DNA of 64,000 nucleotides from Candidatus Eiseniibacteriota bacterium (GTDB lineage Bacteria; Eisenbacteria; RBG-16-71-46): NCBI GenBank assembly GCA_963776245.1, contig CAVZLN010000003.1, positions 928,001 to 992,000 of the forward strand, read 5' to 3'. Shown piece by piece: positions 52,001 to 59,401 of this stretch (position 1 is its first letter; each line of letters starts with the position of its first letter). The notes under the pieces were generated by a model. It saw only the letters and a program-made list of their open reading frames with translations, ran no database searches and was not told where the DNA came from. The position numbers and the translations under genes were made by a program.

Positions 52001-52611
52001 GCAGCGCGTCCTCGCCCGACATCGGCCTCGCCGACTTCAACGCCTTCTTCAAGCCGGGCGGCGAGTTCGATGGGCTCTACGAGGCCGCGCTCAAGAACTA
52101 CGTGCGTCCCGACGGCAGCCCGATCGCCGGTGGCGTGCCGGCCGAGGTCGTGGGCCTGGTGAAGAAGTGCCGCGCCATCCAGCAGGCGTTCTTCGCCTCC
52201 GGCGCCGAGGCCGCGCTCACCGTGGTGGCCACGCCAGCGGGACAGCCCGAGCCGTCCGACCCCAAGCTCAGCGTCGGGTGGATCGCCCTTCGCACCCGGG
52301 GGTCCGCCGCGCGCTACGACGCCAACAAGCCGGTGAAGGACTACACCCTCGAGTGGCCGGGCACCGGGCCGGAATTGGGCGCCAGCGTCGCCGCCAATCT
52401 CGCGACCGACATCACCACCCCCGGGCAGTGGGGGTTCTTCCGCCTGGTCGGGGGCCGCGTCACGAGCGAGTCCGGGAGCAGCGTCGAAGCCACCTGGACC
52501 CTCACGGTGACCAAGGCGGGCGGGGGGACGATCCAGGTGTCGTGGAAGTTGGAGACCCCGGGCCGTCCGTGTCCGTTCAAGCGCGGGTTCTTCCGCATCA
52601 CCCAGCCCTGA
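49075..52611 (+). CDS. tssM: T6SS membrane subunit TssM (IcmF)
   Basis: N-terminal TMs, LPWYMLLGPEASGKS (Walker A), LNGVMV, FPVYVVFT.CD..AGF.EFF, RGFYFT, GPFTREGW, YYPF, FFKPGG, GQWGFFRL. Confidence 0.93.
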   Translation: MDLQRLNGPPLWIGSGVVATFVLLFANARRLHLDVLLLALVLVVVVLGVVVYFLVRRLLALRAAEAIEHTLTRQADRDIERSVPGKIAEVRDLKADLQAAIEALKRANVIKRAGEGALAELPWYMLLGPEASGKSALVRQSGLHFALSDDQQNPRAVRGVGGARGFEWWLTEEGVLLAMSGKTLARSAFDDTDDWQEFLLALREQRQGRALNGVMVTVAVDQLADRPEAAIDALGRQVRERIRELVHHLGVVFPVYVVFTRCDRVAGFAEFFEDLTPEERRQVWGATLPLKRAETAAAEALFEQESQRLAGVLSQRRLERVGALVDPLQRARAFAFPLQFERLRAPLARFIQVTFQRDPVEEGVPLRGFYFTCAGTEGEPVDRVLAPAVGALGLEMVKTAPPPLGQGSWFAERLFTSVVFPDKALAAPSKQALRADARRRVWMVGGAAGLFVVLTLLFSWLSCANFGLIGETERIARDVVRISGNHSMSDLEVREVQELDRLRLQILELERVSTDRPFRGYLAFNSAGGLRREAARVWARSSADVFLGLAVGVMRDSLARGAGSFPAYFERYRVYRLLTDRRASLQPADSTVIAEQLRLALTFSERFIENDREELRRLVPPLAAFIASHDAALAAVSDERLALDIPVARTAAARVAATWNSDSLYRYMIDVTTRQLGGRRDLGFDSLVTNAQRLQGDHLVPGPFTREGWTTVVGPRIAWYAIQVERDTLLGAAFRDVAGGRGRPDPATELGSRYSADYVGQWGSFLRGIHLRPGSEGTNGLLATLRDLALPGSEIVTVLEKVRHQTRLGVERNSGVAQVEQDFDVLDAFFRPSDYDARLSGWARFWRGLTKVKAKPGSLPQVLSPTKVEGEYRTRILEKTAIDMDKATREGQSASTALSEGRNRLTALLSGLSGGRAGQRGVPMVDALLRMPLLMAQEGMRPQEETIVQQGASDAYQQQVMSAVQSKLLPYYPFSGSASSPDIGLADFNAFFKPGGEFDGLYEAALKNYVRPDGSPIAGGVPAEVVGLVKKCRAIQQAFFASGAEAALTVVATPAGQPEPSDPKLSVGWIALRTRGSAARYDANKPVKDYTLEWPGTGPELGASVAANLATDITTPGQWGFFRLVGGRVTSESGSSVEATWTLTVTKAGGGTIQVSWKLETPGRPCPFKRGFFRITQP

Positions 52612-52993
52612 GCTGGGGCCTCGCCGGCGCCGCGTCACCCGACGCGGTGCCGGCGGGCGGCGTCACGTGCCTCGCCGGTCGCGCGACCAGCAGGTACACG
52701 CCGAGCAGCATGGCATCACGGCAGCTCCACCACGCACCGACGTCGAGCATGCCGAACCTGGTGAGGAGGACCACGATCCCCACGACGATCAGCGCCGCCC
52801 CGTGGACCGGCTCGCGGGCGAACCGGTCAACTGCGCGATGCCGGCGAGCACCAGCAGGAGCGGCCACCAGCGGGCGAACACCGCCCCGAAGCGAGAGCGT
52901 CCCGAGCTGATCGAGCAGCAGCATCACGCCGAGCAGGACGAGCACGAGCGCGGCGAGCGGGAAGGCCGGGCGCTTTCGGGTGAGGGCGCTCAT
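52598..52993 (-). CDS. Small membrane protein (LiaF/DUF5668-like), probably with compensating indels
   Basis: Hydrophobic helices; the segment between about 52890 and 52800 reads FGAVFARWWPLLLVLAGIAQL in an alternative frame. Confidence 0.55.
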   Translation of the reverse strand: MSALTRKRPAFPLAALVLVLLGVMLLLDQLGTLSLRGGVRPLVAAPAGARRHRAVDRFAREPVHGAALIVVGIVVLLTRFGMLDVGAWWSCRDAMLLGVYLLVARPARHVTPPAGTASGDAAPARPQLRAG

Positions 52994-53858
52994 GCCTTCT
53001 CGTCCCCTCCTCCTCCTCGTCTTCGTCCGGCTCCTCGTCCTCTTCTTCGCCGGCTTCGAACGGACTCACCGGCTCGCCGTTGGGCGGGTCGCTGAGTTCA
53101 CACTCGCCGTCCGAGAGCGTCTGCTGCATGCGTTCACCGGGCAGCCCGAGGTAGGGACAGGGCACGCCGGAGTCCCTGCCGTGGACCTTCGCATCGGCGT
53201 CGCCGGGGGAGATCCAGAACAGCTTGCCCGCTTCGATCCAGGGCGCGAGCTCGAAGTCCCAGATGTCGTTCGCGATGATCCAGCCGGAGCCGCCCTCCGC
53301 GGTCTTGAACCAGTGCACCGGGCGCGTCCAGAACTGGTGCAGGACCTCCGGGGCGATGCTCGACTGGGAGAAGTAGGCGATCGGGTAGGCCAGGTCCCCG
53401 GTGGCGAGGGTGAGGCGCGAGATCACCGCCACCATGCCGGGCAGCTCGAGCAGGCGCGGCACCACGAACGGCACCCCGGGGCCCGGGATCACCTCCTCGA
53501 TCGCCTCGCTCGGGACGCGGCCCCGCAGGTCGAGCGCGCCGAGCAGCACGCGGAAGGTCGCGGGCGGCTTGGGCTCGTCGGGCTTGAAGGTGCGCCCCTT
53601 GCCCCACCACGGCCCGTCCAGGCCGAAGGGATCGAAACAGCGCTTGAGCGGCGCGCCGGTGAACGGGCAGCGGCCCATGAGCACGCGCGGCAGCCGGTCG
53701 GCGTACTCGCCCTGCAGCACCAGCGCCCGCTCCTCGAGGCGGGTTTCCTCGCGCGGGCTGGGCTCCTGGTCCTCGTCGTCGGGATACAGCCGGGCGTCGA
53801 TCTCGCGCATCTGGCGGAGCAGGTCGTCCCGCTCGGCGCGGGTGAGGGGCTCGCTCAT
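52990..53858 (-). CDS. Hypothetical acidic protein, candidate immunity protein (apparent 1-nt deletion near 53005)
   Basis: AGGAG RBS 19 nt after the effector stop; RCPFTG...DPFGLDGPWW...PGPGVPFVVPRLL...WDFELAPWIEAGKLFWI...CPYL. Adding one G to GAGGGGAC gives ...GDEKA* with an ATGA overlap on the next gene. Confidence 0.65.
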
Positions 53859-53877
53859 GGCGTGGACTCCTGGTTCC

Positions 53878-55128
53878 TCACGGACACCCCTGACAGATCA
53901 GTGCGTCCTTGACCTCGCTCTTCTTCTTGAGGGTCACGACGCCGTTGCCCGCCACGACCGTGAGCGGCTTGTCGATCACCGACATGGGACCGCGCGCGGG
54001 ATGCCACTTGAGCTTCTTGGTGACGCGCGACTCTCCGGTCAGACACTTCGCCACTTCCTTGTTCATGTCGAACTTGGCCACCCCCGCCGCCCGCTCCTGC
54101 GCGTTCGGCACCCACTGCGCCTGCGGCGGGTGCTGGATCGCGTCCCACTTCAGCTTCTTGTTGATCTTCATCTGCACGACGCCGAAGCGGTCCTCGTCGG
54201 TCACCTTCTTGCACTCGTCGCCGTTCGCGAGCACCTCGAACACGTCGTAGTCGCCGGTCATCCACTTGCCCTTGTAGCTCGCGCCCGGCTGCTTGCCGCG
54301 CCCCTTCTCGGGGCGGATGAGACCGTCGCCCTCCGGGATGCCGACGAGGCCCACGTAGTCCGCGGCGTGCTTGCTGTAGTGCTGGTTCTGCCCCGCGGGC
54401 GCCCCCGATCCCTCGCCCGGATGCTTGGCGAAGTGCTCGTCGAGCCAGCGCTGCACCTGGGGGACGTCCTCGGGCTTGATGGTGGTCCCATCCATGCAGC
54501 CGTGCGGCTTGGGCTGGTGCTTGGCGATGATCCAGCGGCCGCAGATCTTCTTGGTCTGCCGGAAGTAGATGACCACCTTCTCCTTGGTGGCGACCGCCTG
54601 GATCTTCCCGCGATGCTCCCCGACGATCCCCGAGTCGCTCCACGCCGTGTTGTTCTTCTGCTGCTCCTTGCGCTTCGCGTGGGTCTTCTCGCACTCCTTG
54701 CCCTCGGTCGGGATCCCGGGATTGGGCGCCTGGCCCTCGGGCGTGGTCGGGGTGTTGGGGCCGCCGACGTTGTGCAGCATCATGTCGCCGAGGCGGAACA
54801 CGTTCTTGCCGTCCACCTTGACGTCGAACGAGTAGTTCACCGGCTCGGCCTTGCCCTTGATCTTGTTCGACACCACGCCCATCGCGCTGCCGGCCTCGTC
54901 GCCGGTGCTCATCTTGAAGTTCGAGCCCTTCAGCATGATCGGATTGCCGTCCACCTTGACGGTGGACGATCCGTCCGCGGTGTCGGAGGACTGCGCGATG
55001 TTGGGGTAGGGGATCGGGATCGGCCCGCCGGGCGTGGGCGTCTTGCACACGTCCGGGAACGCCACCGCGATGCCGGTGCTGCCCGCGTGCACGGTGGTCA
55101 TGTTGTTCGCGCTGACGGTCGATGGCAT
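53878..55128 (-). CDS. DUF4150 (PAAR-like) T6SS effector with EF/ExoY-like nucleotidyl-cyclase-like C-terminal domain
   Basis: N-terminal AFPDVCKTP..PIPIPYPN...STGDEAG...YSFDVKVDGKNVFRLGD (DUF4150); C-terminal SGIVGEH...IYFR...K, MTGDYDVF, IQH. Confidence 0.85.
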   Translation of the reverse strand: MPSTVSANNMTTVHAGSTGIAVAFPDVCKTPTPGGPIPIPYPNIAQSSDTADGSSTVKVDGNPIMLKGSNFKMSTGDEAGSAMGVVSNKIKGKAEPVNYSFDVKVDGKNVFRLGDMMLHNVGGPNTPTTPEGQAPNPGIPTEGKECEKTHAKRKEQQKNNTAWSDSGIVGEHRGKIQAVATKEKVVIYFRQTKKICGRWIIAKHQPKPHGCMDGTTIKPEDVPQVQRWLDEHFAKHPGEGSGAPAGQNQHYSKHAADYVGLVGIPEGDGLIRPEKGRGKQPGASYKGKWMTGDYDVFEVLANGDECKKVTDEDRFGVVQMKINKKLKWDAIQHPPQAQWVPNAQERAAGVAKFDMNKEVAKCLTGESRVTKKLKWHPARGPMSVIDKPLTVVAGNGVVTLKKKSEVKDALICQGCP

Positions 55129-55137
55129 CGGGTCTCC

Positions 55138-56250
55138 CTATCCGTCCGCGCCGTGGACGAGCAGGACGGCCGCGCGCAGCGGGCCGTCGGAGGCGCCCCA
55201 CACCAGGGTGTGCGGGCTGAGCGCGTAGCCCTTCTGCATGGCGGTGACGCCCCACACCACGTCGAGCGCGCCGCTCCCCGCGCCACTATCGCCGATGCAA
55301 TCGGCCGGATGCCAGAGGTCCGCGCCGGAGGGGCCGTCGGGCGCGGCGTGCGCGTCGCCGAGCGCGCGGACGTAGGCGTAGCCCCACTCCCGGGTGCGGT
55401 AGTGCTCGCCGTTGAGATCGCAGATCACGCGCGGGAAGCGCTCGAGTTTGGGAGCGCCGGCGCGCGCCTCGCGGAACGCGCGGGTCAGTCCCACGCCCTG
55501 GTTCGGATCGTCCGTGCCGGCGGTCGGCTCCTCGGCCGTCGCGCTGGCCGCCAGCGTGGCGAGCGCGCGGCCGGCGCGCGGCGCGGCCTCGAGCACCACG
55601 AACGCGGCCGCCTCGCCGGGGATGATGCCGCGCGGGTTCTCGTCGGTGCGGAGCACGCCGGCCTCCGCCAGCCGCGCGAGCGGCGCGCGCCGGAGCAGGG
55701 AATCCACCCCGCCCACCAGCGCGACCGTGACGCGCCCGTCGCGCAGGTGGCGGGCGGCGTGATGGAGCGCCGCGAGCGCGGCGGCGCGCCCGAGGCGTTC
55801 GCTGCGCACCACCTCGAAGCGCACCCCGAGATGGCGCGTGATCGCCTCGGCCAGCGGCGCCCCGTCGTCCTGATCGTCGAGCCCGAGGTAGAGTCCGACG
55901 CCGCGTGTCCCGTCGTCGTGGCCGCTCTGCCTCCAGGCTTCCTCGGCGGCCGGCAGCGCGAGTTCGATCAGGCGCTCGGGCCCCGGGGAGACGAGCTGGT
56001 GGGGTGCGGGCCGCGCGAGGTCCCAGCGCTCGTGTCCGGGCCACTCCTCGCCGGCGAATCCGGGATCGAGGTGCTCGAGCGGCACGCGCCCGCCGATCAC
56101 CGGCGGGTCGGGCGTGCCGCCGGCGTCGTTCCAGCCCTCGAGCGCCGTCAGGCGCGCGATCGCGGCCCGCAGGGCCGCGCAGGTGGCGGGCGCGGAGAGC
56201 CCCACCGGCGTCACCGCGCCGAGCGCGGTGATGGCGGGCGGCGCGCTCAC
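55138..56250 (-). CDS. Thiolase/beta-ketoacyl-synthase-like T6SS adaptor-cluster protein
   Basis: ITALGAVTPVGLSAPATCAALRA, LVGGVDS, IPGEAAAFVVL, CDLNGE.YR..EW, HPADCIGDSGAGSG; no Cys at the expected active-site position (GRAA). Confidence 0.85.
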   Translation of the reverse strand: MSAPPAITALGAVTPVGLSAPATCAALRAAIARLTALEGWNDAGGTPDPPVIGGRVPLEHLDPGFAGEEWPGHERWDLARPAPHQLVSPGPERLIELALPAAEEAWRQSGHDDGTRGVGLYLGLDDQDDGAPLAEAITRHLGVRFEVVRSERLGRAAALAALHHAARHLRDGRVTVALVGGVDSLLRRAPLARLAEAGVLRTDENPRGIIPGEAAAFVVLEAAPRAGRALATLAASATAEEPTAGTDDPNQGVGLTRAFREARAGAPKLERFPRVICDLNGEHYRTREWGYAYVRALGDAHAAPDGPSGADLWHPADCIGDSGAGSGALDVVWGVTAMQKGYALSPHTLVWGASDGPLRAAVLLVHGADG

Positions 56251-57251
56251 GCCGCGCCTCCGGCCCGGTCCACGTCGAGCGCGGTGAAGCGCGGGAAGCG
56301 GCCATGGATGTGCAGGTCGCCGCGCCACAGCAGGCGCAGCCGCATCGCCTCGGTGTCCACGGTGACCGAGACCAGCTTCATCTCGATCGGTTCGGGGGCG
56401 CCGCCGAGCGTCGCGCTCACCGCGAGCCGCACCGCCGGCAACGGGAAGGCGAGCTTGCCGCCGGGCGTGCACCCGAGCACCTCGACCGGCTCGCCGCCCT
56501 CGAGGTAGCTCGCGGCGGTGAGTCCGGGCGCGGCGTTGTTGTGGAAGCGCGGGTCGAAGTCGAGCGGCAGGAGCGGGCAGCGGTCCTGCTGCCACGCCTC
56601 GTCGTAGGTGCCCGCGAAGGAGCGGCGCGGCAGCCAGTTCGGGCCGATGAAACCGAAGCCCGCGGGCGCGGCCCGCCCGCCCGACGCCGACTCGAGCTGG
56701 GGGAGAAGCGCGCCCGCGCGCTTGAGCCGCGAATGGCGCGCGCGGAAGCCGCGCCCGAGCGGATTGCGCAGGTCCAGCGAGTGGTGCTTCTCCTCCTTGG
56801 CGCTGACGTCGGTGCCGCCCGCGGCGAGCTCCCACTCGAGCGGCACCTTCTGGAAGGGCTTGGGCGCCGTGTGGAACCACCAGGCGAGCAGCCGGAACAG
56901 CCACTTCCGCTCCCCGATCGCGCGCGCCTTCTGGATCAGCTTGCCGACGCGGAACGAGACCTCCACGCGGCGCGCGCCGCCGCGCGGCGCGACCGCGCAC
57001 CCGACCAGCGCGCAGTCGGTCGCGGGCTTCATCGGGCCCACGTCGGCTTCGTAGCGGATGCTGCTGAACCCGGGCTTGCCGACGTGCTCGTCCGCGGGCT
57101 GGAGCGGCGGGGGCTCGGGCGTAAGCTCCAGCTCGCCGCGCTCGGAGATGCTCCACACCCCGCGCACCGCGGCGACCAGGTGCTCGGCCGCCTGGGGGTC
57201 GAGCACCACCACGTAGCCCGCGACGAAGGGCGTCCGGTTGCGGATCAGCAC
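56247..57251 (-). CDS. DUF2169 family T6SS effector adaptor
   Basis: NRTPF, KPATD, VPL.WE.A.GG, NPLGRGF, PAGFG.I.P.W.PR..FAGTYD..W, PLLP.DFD.RF.N.A, L.WR. Confidence 0.92.
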   Translation of the reverse strand: MLIRNRTPFVAGYVVVLDPQAAEHLVAAVRGVWSISERGELELTPEPPPLQPADEHVGKPGFSSIRYEADVGPMKPATDCALVGCAVAPRGGARRVEVSFRVGKLIQKARAIGERKWLFRLLAWWFHTAPKPFQKVPLEWELAAGGTDVSAKEEKHHSLDLRNPLGRGFRARHSRLKRAGALLPQLESASGGRAAPAGFGFIGPNWLPRRSFAGTYDEAWQQDRCPLLPLDFDPRFHNNAAPGLTAASYLEGGEPVEVLGCTPGGKLAFPLPAVRLAVSATLGGAPEPIEMKLVSVTVDTEAMRLRLLWRGDLHIHGRFPRFTALDVDRAGGAA

Positions 57252-57252
57252 G

Positions 57253-58452
57253 TCACTCTCCCGGCCGCGCGTCGGGGGCCGGCCGCGCGTCGAACCACCC
57301 GTCGGGCACCTCGCGCCGCAGCCACGGCGCCTCGGGCCGCGGCCGCGCGAGGCCGGTGCGCCACAGCCATTCCATCGGTTCGTCGTCTGGCTCGCCGTTC
57401 CACGGCAGCGCCCGGCCGTGGCGCGCGCGCGCGTCGCGCGGCAGCGCCTTCGCGACCGCGCTCCAGTGCGCGCGCGCGCCTTCGGGCGAGGGCGGGGCGT
57501 CGCGCTCCGCGCGCGGCACGGTGCCGATCGCGCCCTCGAGCGCCTCGCCCACGATCCCGGCCAGCTCGCTGTCCGGCAGCGCGAGCAGCCGGATCAGCGC
57601 CTCCACCGACTCCGCGGTCCCGAGGTCGCCGAGCGCGAACAGCGCCGCCGGCCGTCCGCTGTCGGTCGCCGCGGCCGCGGCGAGGCGCGCGGCGTCCTCG
57701 GGCTCGCCGATCACGCCGAGCACGCGCGCGGCGAACGGCTCGGGTGCTACGGCCTGCACCAGACGTCGCGCGCGCGCCAGCGCCTGCCCGGGCGCGAGCA
57801 GCGCGAGGCTCCACAGCGCGTGGCGCCGCACCCGCTCGTCCACGTCCTCGAGCAGCGCGGCGACCAGCGGGGCGCCGGCGTCCGGGGAGTGCGCGGCCTG
57901 CCGCGCGAGCGCGCGGCGCACGTGCGCGCTCGGGTGCTTCGCGGCGGGCGCCGCCAGCGTCGCGTCGAGCTGGCCGTGCCAGCCGAGCGCGTCCACCGCG
58001 AGCGATTGCGCGCCGGCGGGCCAGGCGAGCACGCGCGGGGCCGGGAACCAGTCGCGGACGCGCGCGGGATCGGCGCCGCGCAGCGCCTCGCGCCAGGACG
58101 CGAGGCGCTCGTCGGGCAGCGCCTCGAGGCGCACCGCGACCGCGGCGGCGTCCGGCCGCGCGAGCGTCATCCACACGCGCGCCGCGGCGACGATCTCCCA
58201 CGGGTCCTCGCCGCCGAGCTTCTCCTCGACCGGCGCGAGACTCGCCCGGCGCCCTTCGGCGAGGCCGTCGAGATGGGCGGCCATGCGGCCGTCGTGCGCC
58301 TGGAGCCGGCGCAGCGGGACCTCGGGCTCGCACAGCAGCCGGCGCCGCTGCACCGAGAGGAACGCCAGTTCCTCGAGGTGTTCGAGCAGCACGTCCGGAA
58401 GCGCGGGCCGGAGGATGCTCGCGGCGCCCGCCTGTGCCTGATGGGAACTCAC
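57253..58452 (-). CDS. TIGR02270-like HEAT-repeat protein
   Basis: EHLEELAFL..QR...RMAAHLDGL N-terminal signature, HEAT repeats; position in a DUF2169 cluster. Confidence 0.8.
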   Translation of the reverse strand: MSSHQAQAGAASILRPALPDVLLEHLEELAFLSVQRRRLLCEPEVPLRRLQAHDGRMAAHLDGLAEGRRASLAPVEEKLGGEDPWEIVAAARVWMTLARPDAAAVAVRLEALPDERLASWREALRGADPARVRDWFPAPRVLAWPAGAQSLAVDALGWHGQLDATLAAPAAKHPSAHVRRALARQAAHSPDAGAPLVAALLEDVDERVRRHALWSLALLAPGQALARARRLVQAVAPEPFAARVLGVIGEPEDAARLAAAAATDSGRPAALFALGDLGTAESVEALIRLLALPDSELAGIVGEALEGAIGTVPRAERDAPPSPEGARAHWSAVAKALPRDARARHGRALPWNGEPDDEPMEWLWRTGLARPRPEAPWLRREVPDGWFDARPAPDARPGE

Positions 58453-58470
58453 GCGGAGGGCCGCCCTCTC

Positions 58471-59034
58471 TCAGTTGAGCGCGACGGTGGCGCCCTTGAT
58501 GCGGATGGGACCGCGCGAGGCGGAGAGGATGTGCGTGCCGCGGAGCTCGATGCGTCCGTCGTAGCGCAGCGTGATGCTGGCGCGCCCGCACTTGAGCTCG
58601 AGGTCGTGCTCGGCGGTGAACGAGAGCTTCTCGCCGTCCACCGTGACCTCGAGCCGGCCGCGCCCGGCGTCGCGCGCGCGCGCGGCGACCCGGTCGCGCA
58701 CCAGGCCGACCAGCAGCCAGCGCTGGGTGGGATCGGCAGTGCGCAGCACCAGCGCGCGACGGCGCTGGCGCGCAGCCTTGACGAGCGCGCCGTCGGAGAG
58801 CTCGAGGCCGATCGAGACCGGCACGGGGGCGCCGTTCTCGCCCTCGGGCCGGAACAGCAGGCGGCCTTCGTCGTCCACGCCTTCGAGGTGACCGGTGATG
58901 GCCTGCGCTCCGCCCCCGGGCGCCACCAGGCGCGCGAGCACATCCTCCGGAAGCGACGCCCGGGTGTCGGCGGCCGCGGTGGGCGATGCGGGATCGCGCG
59001 GCCGGCGCTCGGTCAGGGTGCGTTCGTCGTTCAT
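58471..59034 (-). CDS. DUF6484-like protein (VgrG-associated)
   Basis: C-terminal VDGEKLSFTAEHDLELKCGRASITLRYDGRIELRG..ILS.SRG..RIKGATVALN; GGAGG RBS. Confidence 0.8.
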   Translation of the reverse strand: MNDERTLTERRPRDPASPTAAADTRASLPEDVLARLVAPGGGAQAITGHLEGVDDEGRLLFRPEGENGAPVPVSIGLELSDGALVKAARQRRRALVLRTADPTQRWLLVGLVRDRVAARARDAGRGRLEVTVDGEKLSFTAEHDLELKCGRASITLRYDGRIELRGTHILSASRGPIRIKGATVALN

Positions 59035-59087
59035 CGGACCACCTCCAACGCATGCGGGACAGCGATTGAATCGCGGATCGCCTCGGC

Positions 59088-59117
59088 ATTATCGAAGCGT
59101 GTTCGAAAGGGTGTCAA
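59088..59117 (-). promoter_or_regulatory. Putative sigma70 promoter for the adaptor/effector cassette
   Basis: Minus strand TTGACA (59117-59112)-N18-GATAAT (59093-59088). Confidence 0.6.
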
Positions 59118-59173
59118 CCGGCGAACTTCCACTTGGCTACCACGTCATCTTTCTGGGGCGACGCGGGCGGAAC

Positions 59174-59365
59174 GGGCGGATCCTCCGGGGTGCTAATACC
59201 CACACGCACCCCTCCGGACCCGCCCGCTCCCCCCGTGTCGCGTGCGCGGCGAGGCGCTGCAAGAGGACCACTGGCTGCATCCCGCGCTCGGCGGTGGATG
59301 AGGGCGGACCTGGAGGGGTGCGTGTGGGTATTAGCACCCCGGAAGGTCTGCCCTCGTCCACCGCC
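59174..59365. repeat. Inverted doublet of palindromic elements (REP/REPIN-like)
   Basis: 32-bp perfect inverted repeat TCCGGGGTGCTAATACCCACACGCACCCCTCC at 59184-59215 and 59312-59343; each copy is itself a hairpin. Confidence 0.85.
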
Positions 59366-59401
59366 CTTCGCAAGGGCGAAGATGCGCCGGCGCGGGCTCT
59401 C

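Noticed and set aside
48796..52638. 1280-aa minus-strand ORF (and similar long ORFs at 13831-16863, 46181-49135, 53401-56508, 58895-62044, 59532-62654)
   Set aside because: Shadow or alternative frames of recognisable genes (tssM, M16 peptidase, tssK/L, effector cassette, vgrG).
55138..56250. Fatty-acid/polyketide biosynthesis gene
   Set aside because: No catalytic Cys, no ACP or other PKS genes nearby; context matches the DUF2169-PAAR adaptor cluster.
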